Below, piece after piece: positions 22,203-37,300 of a DNA stretch of 64,000 nucleotides. The stretch is from contig CAJFCJ010000031.1 in assembly GCA_904063045.1 (NCBI GenBank), positions 343,503-407,502 of the forward strand, written 5' to 3'. The position numbers and the translations under genes were made by a program. Source of the DNA: Dimorphilus gyrociliatus (lineage: Eukaryota; Animalia; Annelida). Below the pieces are notes generated by a model. That model was not told the origin of the DNA and did no database searches. It saw nothing but the letters and a program-made list of their open reading frames with translations. The stretch's first letter is position 1, and every line of letters starts with the position of its first letter.

Positions 22203-25200
22203 TTAAAAAGAAACTGTTACGTTCTTTTATAAATTAATCTTTTTATATATTATCCTAATTCCTTTATTGCATTATATTTTCTAGTTTTAATAGACAAAAA
22301 AAAGAAATCATAAGAAACCAAAAATGCATGGTTTTTATATTTGTATAATTAAAATGTTTGTTTTATATACTCTATTCCTTTTCCTTCTTCTTATTCTTCT
22401 CCTCCTTTTCCTTCTTTGTTTCTGTTTTTTTTTTACACTTGATCGTTTATTGTTTTATAAATTGTTGATTGATTGATTGGAAACATTAAAATATTGAACC
22501 ACTTGTAATAGCATTTTGCTGGTGCTTCATACCTTAATTATTGTTACATATACATATATATTTCATGTAATAGTAAAATTCTACAGTAATATGTATTTGA
22601 ATTGGTGTCTATGCTATAAATAATTCAGCTTAATATTTGCATACCATATACATCGCTACAGTTGTCACTTAAATAAAAATAAACTAAATGGACTATTAAG
22701 ATAATTGCGCAGTCACTTTTTTCCTTTTACATCTGCTTATCATAATAAAATATAAGTAAATCCAGGTTAGCTCATCGTTTCGAAAGTGGCGCGATTGCCT
22801 TGAATAAACAAGGTCATGGTTAAACTGGTCTCATTTTCCGTATCCGGTTGGAATATTTTATCGTTTTGCATGGAAGATAGGCGCTAAATTTGAATTGTAT
22901 TTCTCGGTTGGTGTCGCCATCTACAGTCTCGTAAAGAAGAGATCAACTGAAGAGAAGAAAAAAGGGAAATTTGGACAAAAGAAAACAAGTTGAGCATGTA
23001 TAAGTAAACGAAAAAAGTAATAGCCGAGGGCCAGATATATTCGAGTATTATTCGCTTAAAAGCTGTCGAACATCCCTGGAGAGAAAATGAACCTTAGACC
23101 CTGGCCGCTACTTGTCGGGATGAACAGTTTTAATGAGCGCTCTCGCATGTTCATCTGACCGAACGACATTCGGTACACGTGAGCTTCACAATAAGTATTA
23201 GTCGTCATGTTACTGACCCTGTTCTAGATCAAACGCTCTGAGAAAAAAGTGCGGCGAACAGTCAATGAGGCAAAAAGAGAACGTCCGCGAACTGAAGAGA
23301 ATAGATGAGAAATTTCCTACAAGCTGACATGCTTGACGTTTGTCTTTTTGTTGTTTGGCGGCGAATGTTTGCTGCCATTTTCGGTCGGCTGGTCATCTTG
23401 ATTAAGTGTGCAGTTCTTTCGAACTTAATTCTTTTCCCTAGTTCTTTTCCCCTTTTTACTAGATTTGATCTAAAAAAAACGCCTATTTTCCCTACCGACC
23501 ATACAATTCATTATTTTCCCTGATTTTCAAATCTAATCTACAAAACAGGTGCCGGTTAATTTTCCACGACCTTGAACAGATTAGCGTCTGTGAAATTTCG
23601 ACATCATTATTTCTCTCGGCTCATCGCTGCGCTCATTCAACTGCCTAGCTCTCCAGAGGCGCCAGATGCCGTTTCGCCTACTCTGTCCGTCCAGCGAGCA
23701 TTGCGGTTATTTCGCGCTTAAAAAGAGCGCTTAGTTTATTGCATACAGCGCTCAAACTATACTTATGTTCTCTATCAAACCCCCCTGTTACTTTTTCACT
23801 CCCCCCCACCCCCATCCCACCCCCCACTCCTATCTCCCTTCCCTTTACCTGATTGTTACGAAAAGTAAGAGGGGTAACCAAAAGAGAAAAAAAAATCGAC
23901 GCCAATTACACATGCCTTAACGGCGTCTACGGCTCACGCCTGCTCAACGGCGCATGATTTTATGTAACGCCTCTCTCCGTGACATTTCCGCGTTTGTGGG
24001 GAGAAGAGCGATGCAGTTTAGCGGAAAGGTGCAGCTCGACTGATCGCGCGGAAAACGGTGTCGGATAGTTTTGCAGTTTGACAACGGCACGATTGGTTGC
24101 CGATACCAATACCGATCCTCATTATTTTCTTCGTTTCACTTGGGTACATTTCTTTTCTGCATTCGCCTAAATGAGGGAAAAAATAGACTTGTAAGAGAGA
24201 TACAAATGAATAAAACAGTTCAGAAGAGAGAGAGAGAGAGGCTTGGAAAGCAGCGAGCGGCCGTGCAAGAGAGATAGTCAGATTGAATAGGGGCTGCGGG
24301 GGGAGGGAAGCAATCTGATTCTTCTCTCGAACTTTATTGTACAGACCGCCCCCTTTTCCACCGCAAAACCGACTGATGCGGCGTTAAATCAAGCTGAAAG
24401 ATTAGCCGAAAGTAGATTACTTAGCCTCGCAACTCGTCGGCGTGAGCCGACTGTATAAAATCGAATTTCGTTCCATTAGTATAGGCGGTCCGAGGTTGCC
24501 ACCCACCTGCGAACGCTTGAATGCAGCAAAATATTTCCGGATTCTTGATGGCTTTCCTCTAATCGGCGGAACATTACGTTTCCTTTGACCGTCGGTCAAA
24601 AGCGAAAAGCGGCAGATGCCCTTTCCTTCCAATATATAACAGATGCTTATAATGATTAGGGCGCTTCGACTATAAATCGTTCCACAGTGGGTGGCGAGCT
24701 ACTGTACGGGTCATTGAGAGAGATTAGTAGTAGATAATGACCAATGCGATTATGCAAATCTCTACCCTAAATTTTTTCAGCTCTTGTACTAAAGTCTATA
24801 AGTATATAGGCTGAAAACAGTAGATAATTCCTCATTCCTTTTAGCACTAACTGCTCGCCTTTTCTATTGTATAAATCAAGCATGACTAGGAAAGCCGCAA
24901 CCGTTATTTTTCTATTTAAATGTAAGAATATAAGAATATTTATATATATTTATACAATATACTCTTAAATGCTATATCATATGCTAAAGGTATATTTACT
25001 CTATACAGTATATCAAAATACCGTGGTGTATACTGTGTATATTACTGTATGGAAAATTATGTCATTCCTAAGTCAATTCATCTCGAAATCTTGCTCTCTC
25101 AATCTTCTCTCCAGTCTCAAAGAAAATATCATATCTTGGCTGCTAAACTTTTATGAATATACTATAGCAATTTCATGGAGCTAAGAGGAACCATTGGTGC

Positions 25201-25472
25201 GGAAGTTTAGATGCTCAAAGCGAGCTTACACCGCAAAGCTGCAGCCGTATATGTGTTATACTGTATAGTCTTCTATTTCCGTTGTAGTCGATGGAAAAGT
25301 CCTAGTGAAAAAAAAGTAATTATTTCGAGAGAAAAGGTTAAAAATTGGGAAAGAAAATTGGAAACAGTAGAAAAAAAACTTTATCTTCATGATAACAATC
25401 GATAGAGAGCAAATGATACAAAGAGAATAGACCAGAAAGAGCAAGTAAAAGATAAAGAAATAGTGACAGTTA

Positions 25473-25476
<4 letters not shown>

Positions 25477-25504
<28 letters not shown>
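25477..25504. repeat. (GA)14 microsatellite
   Basis: Direct reading. Confidence 0.95.
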
Positions 25505-25507
<3 letters not shown>

Positions 25508-27480
25508 CTACCAACTCAAAATTATTTGCGTGACGTTCGATTGGCATGTCGACCTAGTTGAAAATTGGCTAGTATTGAGCCGAAAGTGTGTCATTTATCC
25601 GTGTTGGACGCCATTTTCGACGTCTAACTGAATTTTTCACAAATAATCATTTTGACAACGTGTCATTTCATATAATCTTTCGGCACCTGCTTATAACATG
25701 TACTTTTAAGGTAGACAAAAAACGAAAGCCTATAAAAAAAATAAATGAATAGGCAAAGGATAAGAAAATAAGAAATAGAGAGATTAGAATGGAACAAATT
25801 AAAAAAAAAGAGTAGGTGGAGAAGAAGGAGTAGAAGGAAGAGAGGAAAGAGGGGGGGGAGAGGAGGAAAGATAGGGGAGGGGGGCAGGAAGGCAAAAAAA
25901 AAAATAGGTAAAAAATAGGTCGACCTGACCATATTTCACAGATGGTTGCATTTTACTTTATTACTAGTTGGGGTAGATCTCTTCTACTGCTATTTTTTGT
26001 TGGATAAGTATCATTTAATGTTCTAATATATCGGATAGTGAATATATAATGTTATAGTTTACACACTAGGATATAAAAAAAAGTGAATTGTTCCACAAGA
26101 ACGATCAAACCTTTGAATATAAAAGTGTAATTGTGATTAGTAGTCTTCTGATCTCTTCTAAGGCTTTGCGCGCAGAAGATGAGGATAATTTCATATTTAT
26201 ACGCACCTGGTCTGAGGATTTTGGGTGTGGTTAATCTTTCTTTTTTTTTCTATAAGATATTAGCTTTCACTAGCGTCTAACTTATGTTCGAAATTGAAAA
26301 GCGCCGCTTTGGGAATATAAACGAATAGGGAATAGGTAAGAGACAGAGGGACAGAGGGACAGAGGGAGAGAGGGAGAAAAGGAGTACACGATTGGGCCGC
26401 AACGGGCCCTTCATCTTATAATGCTCAGCTGTCAGCACCAATGGCAGCGAGTGATGAGTGAGCATTCAACAAATGGTTGAGGTCGGTTAGAGACTAAACA
26501 ATCATTTGTTTAATTGCTGTAATTATTGGGATGACAATAGAATCTTTTGTGCAATGACCGTCTGTTGCTTTGGAATGCGGTGAGCAATTGAACGCTTCGG
26601 CTTCTTCTTCTCTTTTACGTTCCATCACCACCACTCCCCCCTCCCCCTATTTATAAGGAGGTAGAGAAAATATCTTACTCCACTTAAAAAATTCTTCATC
26701 TTCTTTTTATCTTACATAAACGTTATTAAGTGAAGAAAGGTAAAAATTCCTTTCTTTCGAGTCTCTTTAAATACATTCACTCTTTCCTCCTTTTACTCTC
26801 TTTCTTATATTTCCCGTCCAAGCCAGAAACATATATATATCCTGTATATATAAATCTCTAGGTAGTAGTGTATTGGGCTATTAGCACCTTCTACACCTAA
26901 TCACATTTTCAGTTCCGCATAAACAAGCTCATTCATCACGCATCAGTAGGACGGCGCACGCATTCCTGCACCAACACCAAACCAAGCCCCCCATGCTATC
27001 TCACGAGCAGCAAATTTTTTCAGCTTCAACTGTTATCTACTGTTCGAAACGACCGCCATCGGTCGGTGCCAGGGCGCTCGTTTGCTGGCACTCGGCTGGT
27101 GCCGATTAAATGCGCCGTTATTAATTGAATTAATTTGCGAAGAAATGAGAGAATATTTAGTTTTTAAAAACTTATTATAATTAAATATGCATTGTATAAA
27201 TATTCGACTAAAGTTCGTTCAACCGTCAATCTTTTAGCTATCTTTTCCCTTTTCATCTTTCATTAATTTCTCTTTATATCTTTGAATATTTCACTTTAAA
27301 TTGTAATTTATTCGAAATTCTTTTAAAATTAGCCTAATTTCTTAATTTTTTAATAAAACAACGCTCATTTAAGTGGAAAAAACCACCATAGATTAAATAA
27401 TTAATAGTAACAGAATAGAATAGTGTCGGACAACTTGAAAGAAGGTTTCATTGTATAATGAAAGAAAAGTCTACCCTTCT

Positions 27481-27604
27481 CGCCCCGACCAATGAACGCG
27501 TGCCAAAATCTGACCACGTGACCAAGTGGCGCGGCCACCAAAGCGCGTAATACGCCAACCAACGGTGTATGGCAAAGAAAAGAACTGTTTTTACGGTGGT
27601 AAGT
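27481..27604 (+). promoter_or_regulatory. Candidate promoter and first non-coding exon, possibly a distal Pax6 promoter
   Basis: GC-rich island with CCAAT (27489-27493) and E-box CCACGTGACC (27514-27523), followed by a perfect donor GTG|GTAAGT at 27599. Confidence 0.4.
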
Positions 27605-29284
27605 CTTTTTTTTTTTAAACTAACAGTTGAATAAGTAATTTTCTTCTTTTTTTTATATGACAAACTTAATAAAAAGCAAACTTGACGGAAAAAAGTTTTT
27701 AACCGAGAAAAAAAAAACCGTTATAAATTTTTTATTAACAACTTTTTTTTTATTTCTTCGTCTGCAAAAAAATTATATTTAAAGCGAAAAGAGAAAAGTT
27801 TGTATGTCTGTGTGTATATGTTTATATGTTTATAGTTTTTTTTTAAAAAAAAAAATTATAGGCGTAACAATTTGTCAATTTTCCTCTTAGACGCTGAAAA
27901 TTAATGAATAGGGTTTCGGAAAAACGATACTCGTTATATCTATCGTTAAAAGGAAAGCATATGTTTAAAATGTTGATATAATACGAATGTATATATTTAA
28001 AGAAAACGTATTAATATTATATAAGATGACGAATATAAAGATAAATAGGGAAGAAGAGTTAGGCAACAAATGAAGTGTTGTATAAAATGTACAAATGTAC
28101 ATTGTATATAATAAATCCCGCACGCGCCATTTAATGCAACTCGGTTCAGGCCAGTACACCCGGCTTGTTCAAGCAGATGATCTGCATGTTTATGGTTGGT
28201 GCGTGCACTATTTTTGCGACATTAAATGGCTTGTTGATTTTCTATATAATGATTATTTAAGCTATTATTTCCATTCCTTTTCACTCTTTATACAATGCTC
28301 AATTGACTCAATTCTTAAAAAGTAACCAGTAAATTTTTATGATTTTTCTCTTTTTTTTTTAAAAAAAAAAGTATATGCATATATAAATAAGTTATTAATG
28401 AACCTTATTAGTTTTGCTTATTTGTTCTTTTTTTTTTTTAGTCAGCTTTTCCCTACTCTCCCTTATCTTCTTCCTTCTATATCTCTTCTTCTTATATTTT
28501 TCTATTAAAAAGATTTAACCTAATTAATTCTGTCTTCGAATAAAAAATGATGTACGCCAAAAGCATATATAAAATCCTATCAATCTTTGACATTACAGCA
28601 TTCACTCAAGCAAACGACTGCAATCGATATTCGCATCATATTCTAGTAAATTTTCTAAACCATAGACAAATCATTTTCTCTTTCTTCATTTTTCCCTAAA
28701 AATTCATTTCTTATCTTCTCAATTTCAATAAAATTATACTAATATACATATCATATTTGAATATAACTTGGGGCTATATAATTCCCAAGGCATTATAGTC
28801 ATCCCAACGCCCCGATTGCGATGAAACCTAATGGATTTATATATATATTAATGAGATAATACGGGTATTGGATAGACAGGGGCAGATAGACAGAAAAATA
28901 GAGAAACAAATATAAATCTGATACTTTTAGTTATGGAGATCGTTGACGCAACGTTATTCAACTTTGTTTCATTATGAAAAAATGATAGGCGGGAGTGAAA
29001 AGTACTCAACGAAGATAGAAATTGTTACTCTCTTTCGTTGATAGATGGGTAAATATCTTCCCGCATATAGGAAAAAGTTGTCTTTGTCCGTCTTCCCCCT
29101 TTGAAATGTCCGCTAAATGATCGCGATTCGTACGGCCACAATCGTTTAATATCCTTTTTATTTTCTTTTAATTTATTTCAAAAATCTATTTTTATTTTAA
29201 ACAAATTCGAAAAAAATCTTAATAAAAGAAAAGTAACAAGAGAGAAAGATAATGAGATAAAAAATAAAAGAAATAAAGAAAGGC

Positions 29285-29329
<45 letters not shown>
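29285..29329. repeat. Interrupted (GA)n microsatellite
   Basis: Direct reading; it generates the spurious RERERE/SLSLSL ORFs in the track. Confidence 0.9.
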
Positions 29330-32300
29330 GTAAATAAGAAGATAAGGATAAAAAAAAAAGAAAATAAAAACAACAAAAAATCCTTAAAAACAAGAGAAAG
29401 ATAAACAAAATTCAATCTCTTTTATTCCGTTTCCGCCACCTTCTTCCTCTCTCTCCCTTCATCTAATTAATTCTCGTACACTGCGGGTAAGAATGACGTT
29501 TTTTGTATTAATTCAAAGAGCCGGTAGATGGCGCAACTAATACTGATACTAAATGAAAAAACCGCTAAATAATAGAAGAACTTTCGAATAGAAGTTTTCT
29601 TTTCTTTTCATTGAATTGTTTATTATAGAAGGGAGAAAGTAAAAGTATTAAAAATAACAAAAAGCAAAGTTTATAGAGTTGGTCTGAAAATATTTAAGAA
29701 TTGAAACTAAGAATCGATAATTAACATAGTATCTAATTACTAATCTACATTGTTTCCTTCGTGCCTTTTCCGCTTCCATTAACAGATTATTATCTGAGCG
29801 TCGAATTTCGAATTCGTCGCCGTATTCTATATTTAGATCTTTGACTGAATTAATTGCAATAAGAAATTATCCTTGATAAAGAATGTGGTAAGGTCTGAGG
29901 GAGCCTTGCGTTTTAATTGGCTATATTAAGTAGAGAATCAAATTGTAGCAAGCTATTTATATATATGGATAGAATATTTGAAGATATATATATATATATA
30001 TATACAATATATTATAGTAAAAGAAATGAGTAACCCCTCTGAAACCTTCCTTTTATTTATCATAGCGTAATTCCCTGTCTTCCTTCATCGAATGGGAAAA
30101 TTGCTATATTTTTTGCAGTCACGTTCACGGCCCGCCCACACGACAGCAATTATCGTACACAAATCCGAATGTAACGTGTTGTTTATGTGTATTCAGGAAA
30201 AGTTGTAGAGGATATAGCTGCAGGGTACTGAATAGGCCAAAGGGCGAGGAGAGATGAAAGAGCGCGAAATGTTTGCGGACAACAGCTAATTGGTGCAGGC
30301 TGAAACCCTAGCCGGGCGCCGTTGTTAGCGCTTTCTCATCATTTATTGCCTTCAAAGAGCAGTTAATTTAACTCATCGCTAATTAGTAGTGTTTACTCAT
30401 TACGTAAGATGGAACGCCGTTTACTTTTTATTGCTTATTGCTTTCGCCGAATTGGTCTTTGTAGGGGGTGAAATAGGAAGAGGAGGAGTTCTAGTACTTA
30501 GTAATGATGTTTGGAAACTTTTTTATACTCTCTTCTCTAATTTGCATCGTTTCAAGACGGAGGAAAAGAGAACTATAGGCCACCAGGGATAGGGATGTTA
30601 TAAAGGATGATGTGAATATTGAAGAAGAGAAAGTCGACCCGCATAGAATGATTTACGCGCTTACGTCATATGGTGCTGGCGCTGAATTCGGGCAACTTGA
30701 TTAAAAAAGTCAGTCAACTGAAAAGAGACTTGCTAAGCAGTGTTTATTGCTACACATGTCATAACAGTGCCGCGCTAGCTGTAGTAGACGCTAAAAGAAA
30801 AAATCGAATATAATCTTCTTGACGATTCCTCCCCATTCCCTCTCATCCTCCACCCCTTCATTTAACCCCTCAAACATAACAAACTAAACGCATTATAATA
30901 TTCAAATTTATATATACAGTATATACGTCAACTGTAATGGACTTGAACTCCTATTCGCGAGCATCTTAAAAAAAAGAAACGTAATTTGACGTAAGAATCC
31001 TCTTAAAGTTGTATGAAAAGTTCCTTATTTATAGGTTTTTGTATGTATATAGAGAGGTTATAGACTGTTATTTACGGTATATATTTTAAACGAAAGTATA
31101 CAATTCTTTTGAATAAAGAAGTAGGGAAAAATTTACGGCCAGTTTGCCTTCAGGCTCTAAACAGGCCAATTCTCGTTGACAAATTTTCTCTCGTTAGTCA
31201 TGATCTATATGCCTTAAGAAAGCAGGTGCGACGCCATATGTTCAGAACTTAAACTACTATGGGATTTTAAACTATGGTCACTTGTGGAAAAGCGTCTATT
31301 AGATGTTATACTCTCTTTTTTTACTATTACTTACTTATTTGACGTTTTAGAATGTTATGAAAGTTTTACTTCTTTACCCTTCTCCCTGTTTCTTTTACCT
31401 ATGAAATCTGTTTCTTTTCCATGCACCTTTTCTAACCTTTCCACCCTTTCCCCTCCCTTTACTTTATTTTCCTAATTCTTTCTCTCTTATATTCTTTCCT
31501 CTTTATAACTTCTATTTTTTTCCTTTTTACTCTTTCTTTTTTTAAATACTGGCCCACAAAGCGAAAAACGATGGGGCTACGCCAAAAAGAAAAAAAAACC
31601 ATCCATCTCCATCCATTGCTCGGCGCCATTCAACGCCTTTCTATTGTTGGATCGCTCATCTTTTTTCACTTAACCTCGCGCCAAGTTGTCGTTCGTTTTC
31701 TAGTCTTTGGCCGCTTTTTCGTTACCTCCTTTATAGGTCCCTCAGCTCGTAAAGACACCATTAAGTCGACAATCGGAATTTTCACGACTTTTACCTATAA
31801 AAAAGGAACCCTACCAGCCTAAGCTAACCTTAATTCATAATGTTTTACGACAGTCGTAATTGTTGAACGATTAGTTTTTTAAAAAAAAAGAGTATAAGAA
31901 TGTCTTGTAGGTTGATATAAGTAAGAGAATATGAAAAAAAAGCGAGACAATCATGAGCTCATTTCGTCGCTCGATCTCTTCTAATCCTTACACTGAGGTG
32001 GCCGTCAAAGCGCACCAAACCGCTTTTCAAATGTCGCTTGATAATTCCCCGCGGATTGAATTACACAAAACCTTCCAGCAGGCCTATCAGTGGCTCGGTG
32101 CAGGGCAAAAGGATAGGTTTAGAATGAGTTGTTTGAAAAAACCGCCCATCTATACTGTACGTATTGTATTGCCATGCAAGTGGCCTGGTGCTGGCACCAC
32201 CTCTGGGACTAGAATATTTTCTCTCATTTAATTACACTATACGTTCAAACGGTAAGAAAAGTGTTGTAAAGCGTAGAGAATAGGAGAAAAGGGCTAAGGA

Positions 32301-34397
32301 ATTAGGTCAAGATGATTGGAGGAGAGAAAATATCATTTCATCGCTCTCTAATCTATTCTTGTATATATTGTTTAATATCTTCCGCCTTCGTTTCCAATCA
32401 TCATTCAAAGCGAAACTGTTGAAGCTTCATAGTAACCTAGCGCCCTCTAGGAGTTTTTCGGCGAACGACAGCCAGCCGCTTTTCGGGCGACGAATGAACG
32501 ACGTAGGCGGAGTGTAGGAAAGCACTGCGGCCAATCATCAACCAGATAATTCTGGTTAGTCAGCCGTTTGCAGATGTAATTTGCATGCCGAATTTCGCTT
32601 TCATTACTGGCTGACTGGAGATACGGAAAGGTTGAATGTTTCGCTCGATCCGTGACCATACTCACATTGGATTATATCTTACTCCGGATTATTATCTTAT
32701 CTGAATAAGGACCTTCAAAAATAAAGGTATTTCATGCCTCACATATCAATCATAATGCTCTATACAACGTAGAAGTATGCAGCACTTGCGGCATTTTTTC
32801 TAAAAAATAACGTGCTCGTCCTCCTTATTAAAAATAGAAGCAAGATAAAGAATATACTCCGCCCGATAAAGTAAAAAAAAGTGATGCATTTCAATGATTT
32901 TCCTATTAGTGAAAGACAAAGGAAATAAATTAAGACTAACCGCATAATTACTCGAAAAACGTTTTAGTAAAGCCGCAAGTAATCGCCTCATCACCGTCTC
33001 ACGTTACTTAGTCCTTTAGTGCTTTTCTCGGCGTTATTTAGCGAATGTATTACGTATATGGCATGTATCTTTCTCTCTCATGTCTCTTGAGTTCTATTGT
33101 TACAGTACTAAGATCAGATTATGGTGTTTATTGAGAAGTCGAGTAATTAGATCCTATAATAATATCATTTCTTTCTCTCTCCCTATACGGACTGTATATA
33201 TGCGCATATGTATACATATTTCTCTATGCACATAACTGAATATTAGCCGCATTCAGTCTACTGAAAAATCTGAACCTCATTTGCATATCATACATATTCA
33301 AAATAAACATCTTCATTCCCCTCCCTCTTTTCGTTATATATAAGCACCATATCCTATAATTAGTGTCTATAGATTTTCCTTGCCGTATTTTCTTTTGGCT
33401 TATAAAATATTGGCCTACCTTTCGATTAGTGAACGATTAATAAGCAATTAGTTTAGAAATTAATTAGGGCGTGAAATTTTATAGCCGTATAACTGTCGAT
33501 AGCTGGTGTTGTCCTCTGTACGGATACTTGAAGATGAAATCAAGTCTAAGAAAATAAACAATGCGTACGAATATAAATATGAATATAAATAGGAACCTAA
33601 TTATATCTATATTTATATTGATAACTTGGAGAGATCTATATAAAAATAGATATCAAAGTATACACACTATATATATATATATATACATGCATTACCTTAT
33701 GCATATTCATTAACGATGCACATGTATTTAATGTCCGAATAGTGAGTTCTTTCTTTACCTGTTTTTGAAATTAATTTCATGTCAACGACTATTATTTTAG
33801 GCATATTCGCTGTATTATTATATTTATACACATTCTATATATTTATAAATGTAGTATATATTCATGAGCAAATTTTTGCGCTAGAATTAATATATGCATC
33901 GTGCAAGTCGATTCGTGCCCGGCGTTTTTTTTAATACATATTCTCTCTAGAGTGACGTTTGTTTGTAGCCATTGTTTTCAGGTACAGATCATTAATATGC
34001 TATTTTTCACGCTAATCGAGCAAATAACGTAAATTATGCATACATTTTGCATTAGTTCTATGCTTTATTTAAAATATATATACGAAAAATTGAAAATACC
34101 AATTACATCTGCAATCTATTAGTTAACCTTATTCTTGTGATACTTTTATTACTTATACATTTAATTTTAATTAATTAATTCACTAATTAACATAATTTAT
34201 TCTTTTATTCCTTTTTATTTTTGTTTTTTCTTTTCTTTCTTGCAACAATTTTTACTAATTCTTCTTTTATCTTTCTCTCCAGAAAAAATCTCCAAGAGAA
34301 GGCCAATTTCGCACCACGGTGCCGCAGTAGAATCTCATCAGCCTGCACCAATCTTGTCGGATTTGCACCAAATTTATCGCGATATTGCAGACTGACC

Positions 34398-37300
34398 ATG
34401 CCGACAGCTGACTCGGCTAATTCTGGTGCAGGCACCAAGCCTGGTAAGATTCTTCCCTGTTTTTTTTTTTTTTGGCGTCGCTTTACATATTCCTTGATTC
34501 CTTTTTTAGGTTATATAGATACTAATTTATATATATATGTATAAAGTGATATTCCTCCATTTGTTTTTTTGCTCCCTTGATCATTTGCGCTAAATATGAT
34601 ATCATTTAGTAGTCTATTCACGTGCATCCCTTAATAAATCCATCGATTTGACTTGTGGCTAATCCTCCCAAAAAAATAGCGTTTAAATGAAGAGATAGAA
34701 TGAAGAGGGGACATAAACATACACAACGATGAGAGCACCATTGAAACCGTACCAACGCGCCAGCGCACCTTTTGTTAAAAAGTAGGTCAGAACTCTTGAA
34801 AGCCGCTTCAATAAGCTGAAGTAAAGTGTATTTATTAAATTCGCATATTTCACGTGCGTGCATATACACGTCCTATTTTTTAATATATACTGTTATATAG
34901 TATGTTAAGTATATATAATATACATGTCCAGAGGCAATATGCACGTATGAAATTTATGAGGATAATAAAATTCGGCCCGTCACGGCTAGTTAGGCGGTAA
35001 ACAAGCGACAAACTAACGCGGCAAAGCGACAAATGGCTACTGGCAGTTCTCGGCTGTTGCTGGTCAGCAATCAGATCACTGCTTTTTACCGATAAGTACA
35101 CTGAAAGATGGGGTGGAGAAGTGGAGGGAAAAAGAAAGAGAGGGGTGTGGAAGGCGAGTTTGAGAATTTTGCACGCCCCTTCATCAGATTTTTTCGCGCA
35201 TGCACGCAGCACTCCTGGCGCTTCTTCCTGTCACAAGATTCCTACTGTGTCGATAGCTGAGATCTTCTTCCGGCATCTTTGACTGATGGATTTTGCCTAT
35301 AATTTAATACTTTGAATCATGCAAAGTCTAAAAAAAAACTATTTTTATATATAAAAACTATATATATATATAGTTATATATATATACACTTACAATATAA
35401 TAATGAAATTTATAATATCTCCCTCCTCTTCTTCTTTTTTCCTGCACAGCAGAAGAACCAAAGAAGCACGCAAAGAGAGGTGAGTGAAAGAAAAAAAAAA
35501 TTTTTACCTCGTTATTTTTATTGCTTATCGCACTATAATTCCGTAGAAAAATAAACACGGGGTGTACGTTACAAACGAATAATAGGCAACGCATCAATTT
35601 ACTGATATATTTATTTCACTTTTCAATTCTAACTAGATACTTGAATAGTTGGATTATTCACGGTTGAATTAGATAGAATATTTCAATTGTGAAAACTCTA
35701 GCGAATGTATGTAAAGTATATCGGATCAGTTTATAGTAGAAGAATAAGTGACCTATTTTTTCGGCCCTCGCTACAATCGACCTATTTGCATACAACAGCG
35801 CGTCTCTCAGTCAGATATCAGCATGCTTTAATATGATACTTTCGAAAATAATTTGAAATTAGGCTAATTATGCGTTCTCTGAGATGATTATCTGACGACA
35901 ATCAGTTGGAAAAAGTATGGTTCTTTCTATTAGCATTTTTATTTATTTATTTTGGGTCTCTCTCTCTCTCTTCAATATACTCCACCCCCTCCTCCCCTTC
36001 CCCTTTTTTTAAATGTTTTTAAGATCTATTAAAAAAAATTGAATGAATGAATGAACGAATAAAAGGGAAAAATTCCAAGATGCAATCTCCTTGTAACGTG
36101 TGAGCATATTCTTTGAAGTATAAGCGCCAGAAGCCTGGTTTAACCCGATTGGTGCTAGAGGCATCGGCCCTAAGGGACAAATTCTGATGGAATCCCTTAC
36201 TCAACATCTCAATAAGCGTTTCATCATTAGTTTGCGTTTTATCTCTTCCGACATACGCTCGTTCTCACGCGGTATTTCCTTATAAGATAGTCGCGTGTAT
36301 GAATATTAATTAGAGTTTAGAAAAAGAACCAGAAGTAAGTGCATACTGGAATAAGTAAGAAGGTGTAGTTTTATTGATAAAGAAGAAAGACTAGGCGGAG
36401 AGGGGGACGGTGGAGGGGTGGAAAGAGAGTTAAAAGGAAAAGAAATTACGAGGAAAAAATGCAAAAAAAAATGTATAAAGAAAAGAGAAAAGAAGAAAAG
36501 AGAATGATAGACAGGGAAGCAGAGGGCAAAGAGTAAAGCAGGAAATTCGTATATAAATATATATCTCTTTCCTTATATATAGACCACCCATGCTACGTGC
36601 AGCAGAAAATCATGATCGATTTGTGAGCAAATAAGAGAGAACGATAGAGCTGAATTGACCTTGTTTCGGCACCGAGGCGCTTCATTATAGCGTATGCGGC
36701 AGCATCTTTTCTTCGTTTCTTTCTATTGCCTATTACAACGCCTAGCTTATATAAGTCTGTATAAATTAACTTTGATATAATCTATAATTTATAAGCTGAA
36801 TCATAATTACGAGTCTAGTTTACATTATATAATTAATTACCATGCTTTAAGGGCGGAGTTAAGAACAAACAATGCATAATGCACGTCTGATGTCGGTGTC
36901 AGAAAACACCATCAGCACCATCTATCAAGTAAATAAAAGGCACGAGCCTCGGGCATTCAAACCCAGGCCATAGGAAACAATAGAACTGCAAACACAATGA
37001 TATCGATCTATTTCTCATAACATGGCGCTTCAAAGGCACTGCAACAATGAGTAGAATTTTATTCAACCGTATACGATACGCATATGTGTATAAGGTGTGC
37101 AGAATTGCGATAATAACCCATGTATTGGAGGGCGGGGAGGGGGGCTAGGAAAAAAAGGTAGTCGTAGAAGAGGAGCGGAAAGGAAAAAATTGTTCGTTTT
37201 ATCCTCTTTTTCCCCCTACAACAAAATGTAAACAAGCTTTACTCTATTTTCCTGCCAAAGTTAAAGTGATAAAAGTGCAATTTCTCCATTTTTGCTTCAC

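Noticed and set aside
22700-34200. Short track ORFs in the Pax6 upstream region (for example 23305, 24417, 27448, 31953, 32447)
   Set aside because: No domain similarity, no chain of phase-compatible exons, and many are low-complexity F/L/S/K/I products of AT or GA tracts.
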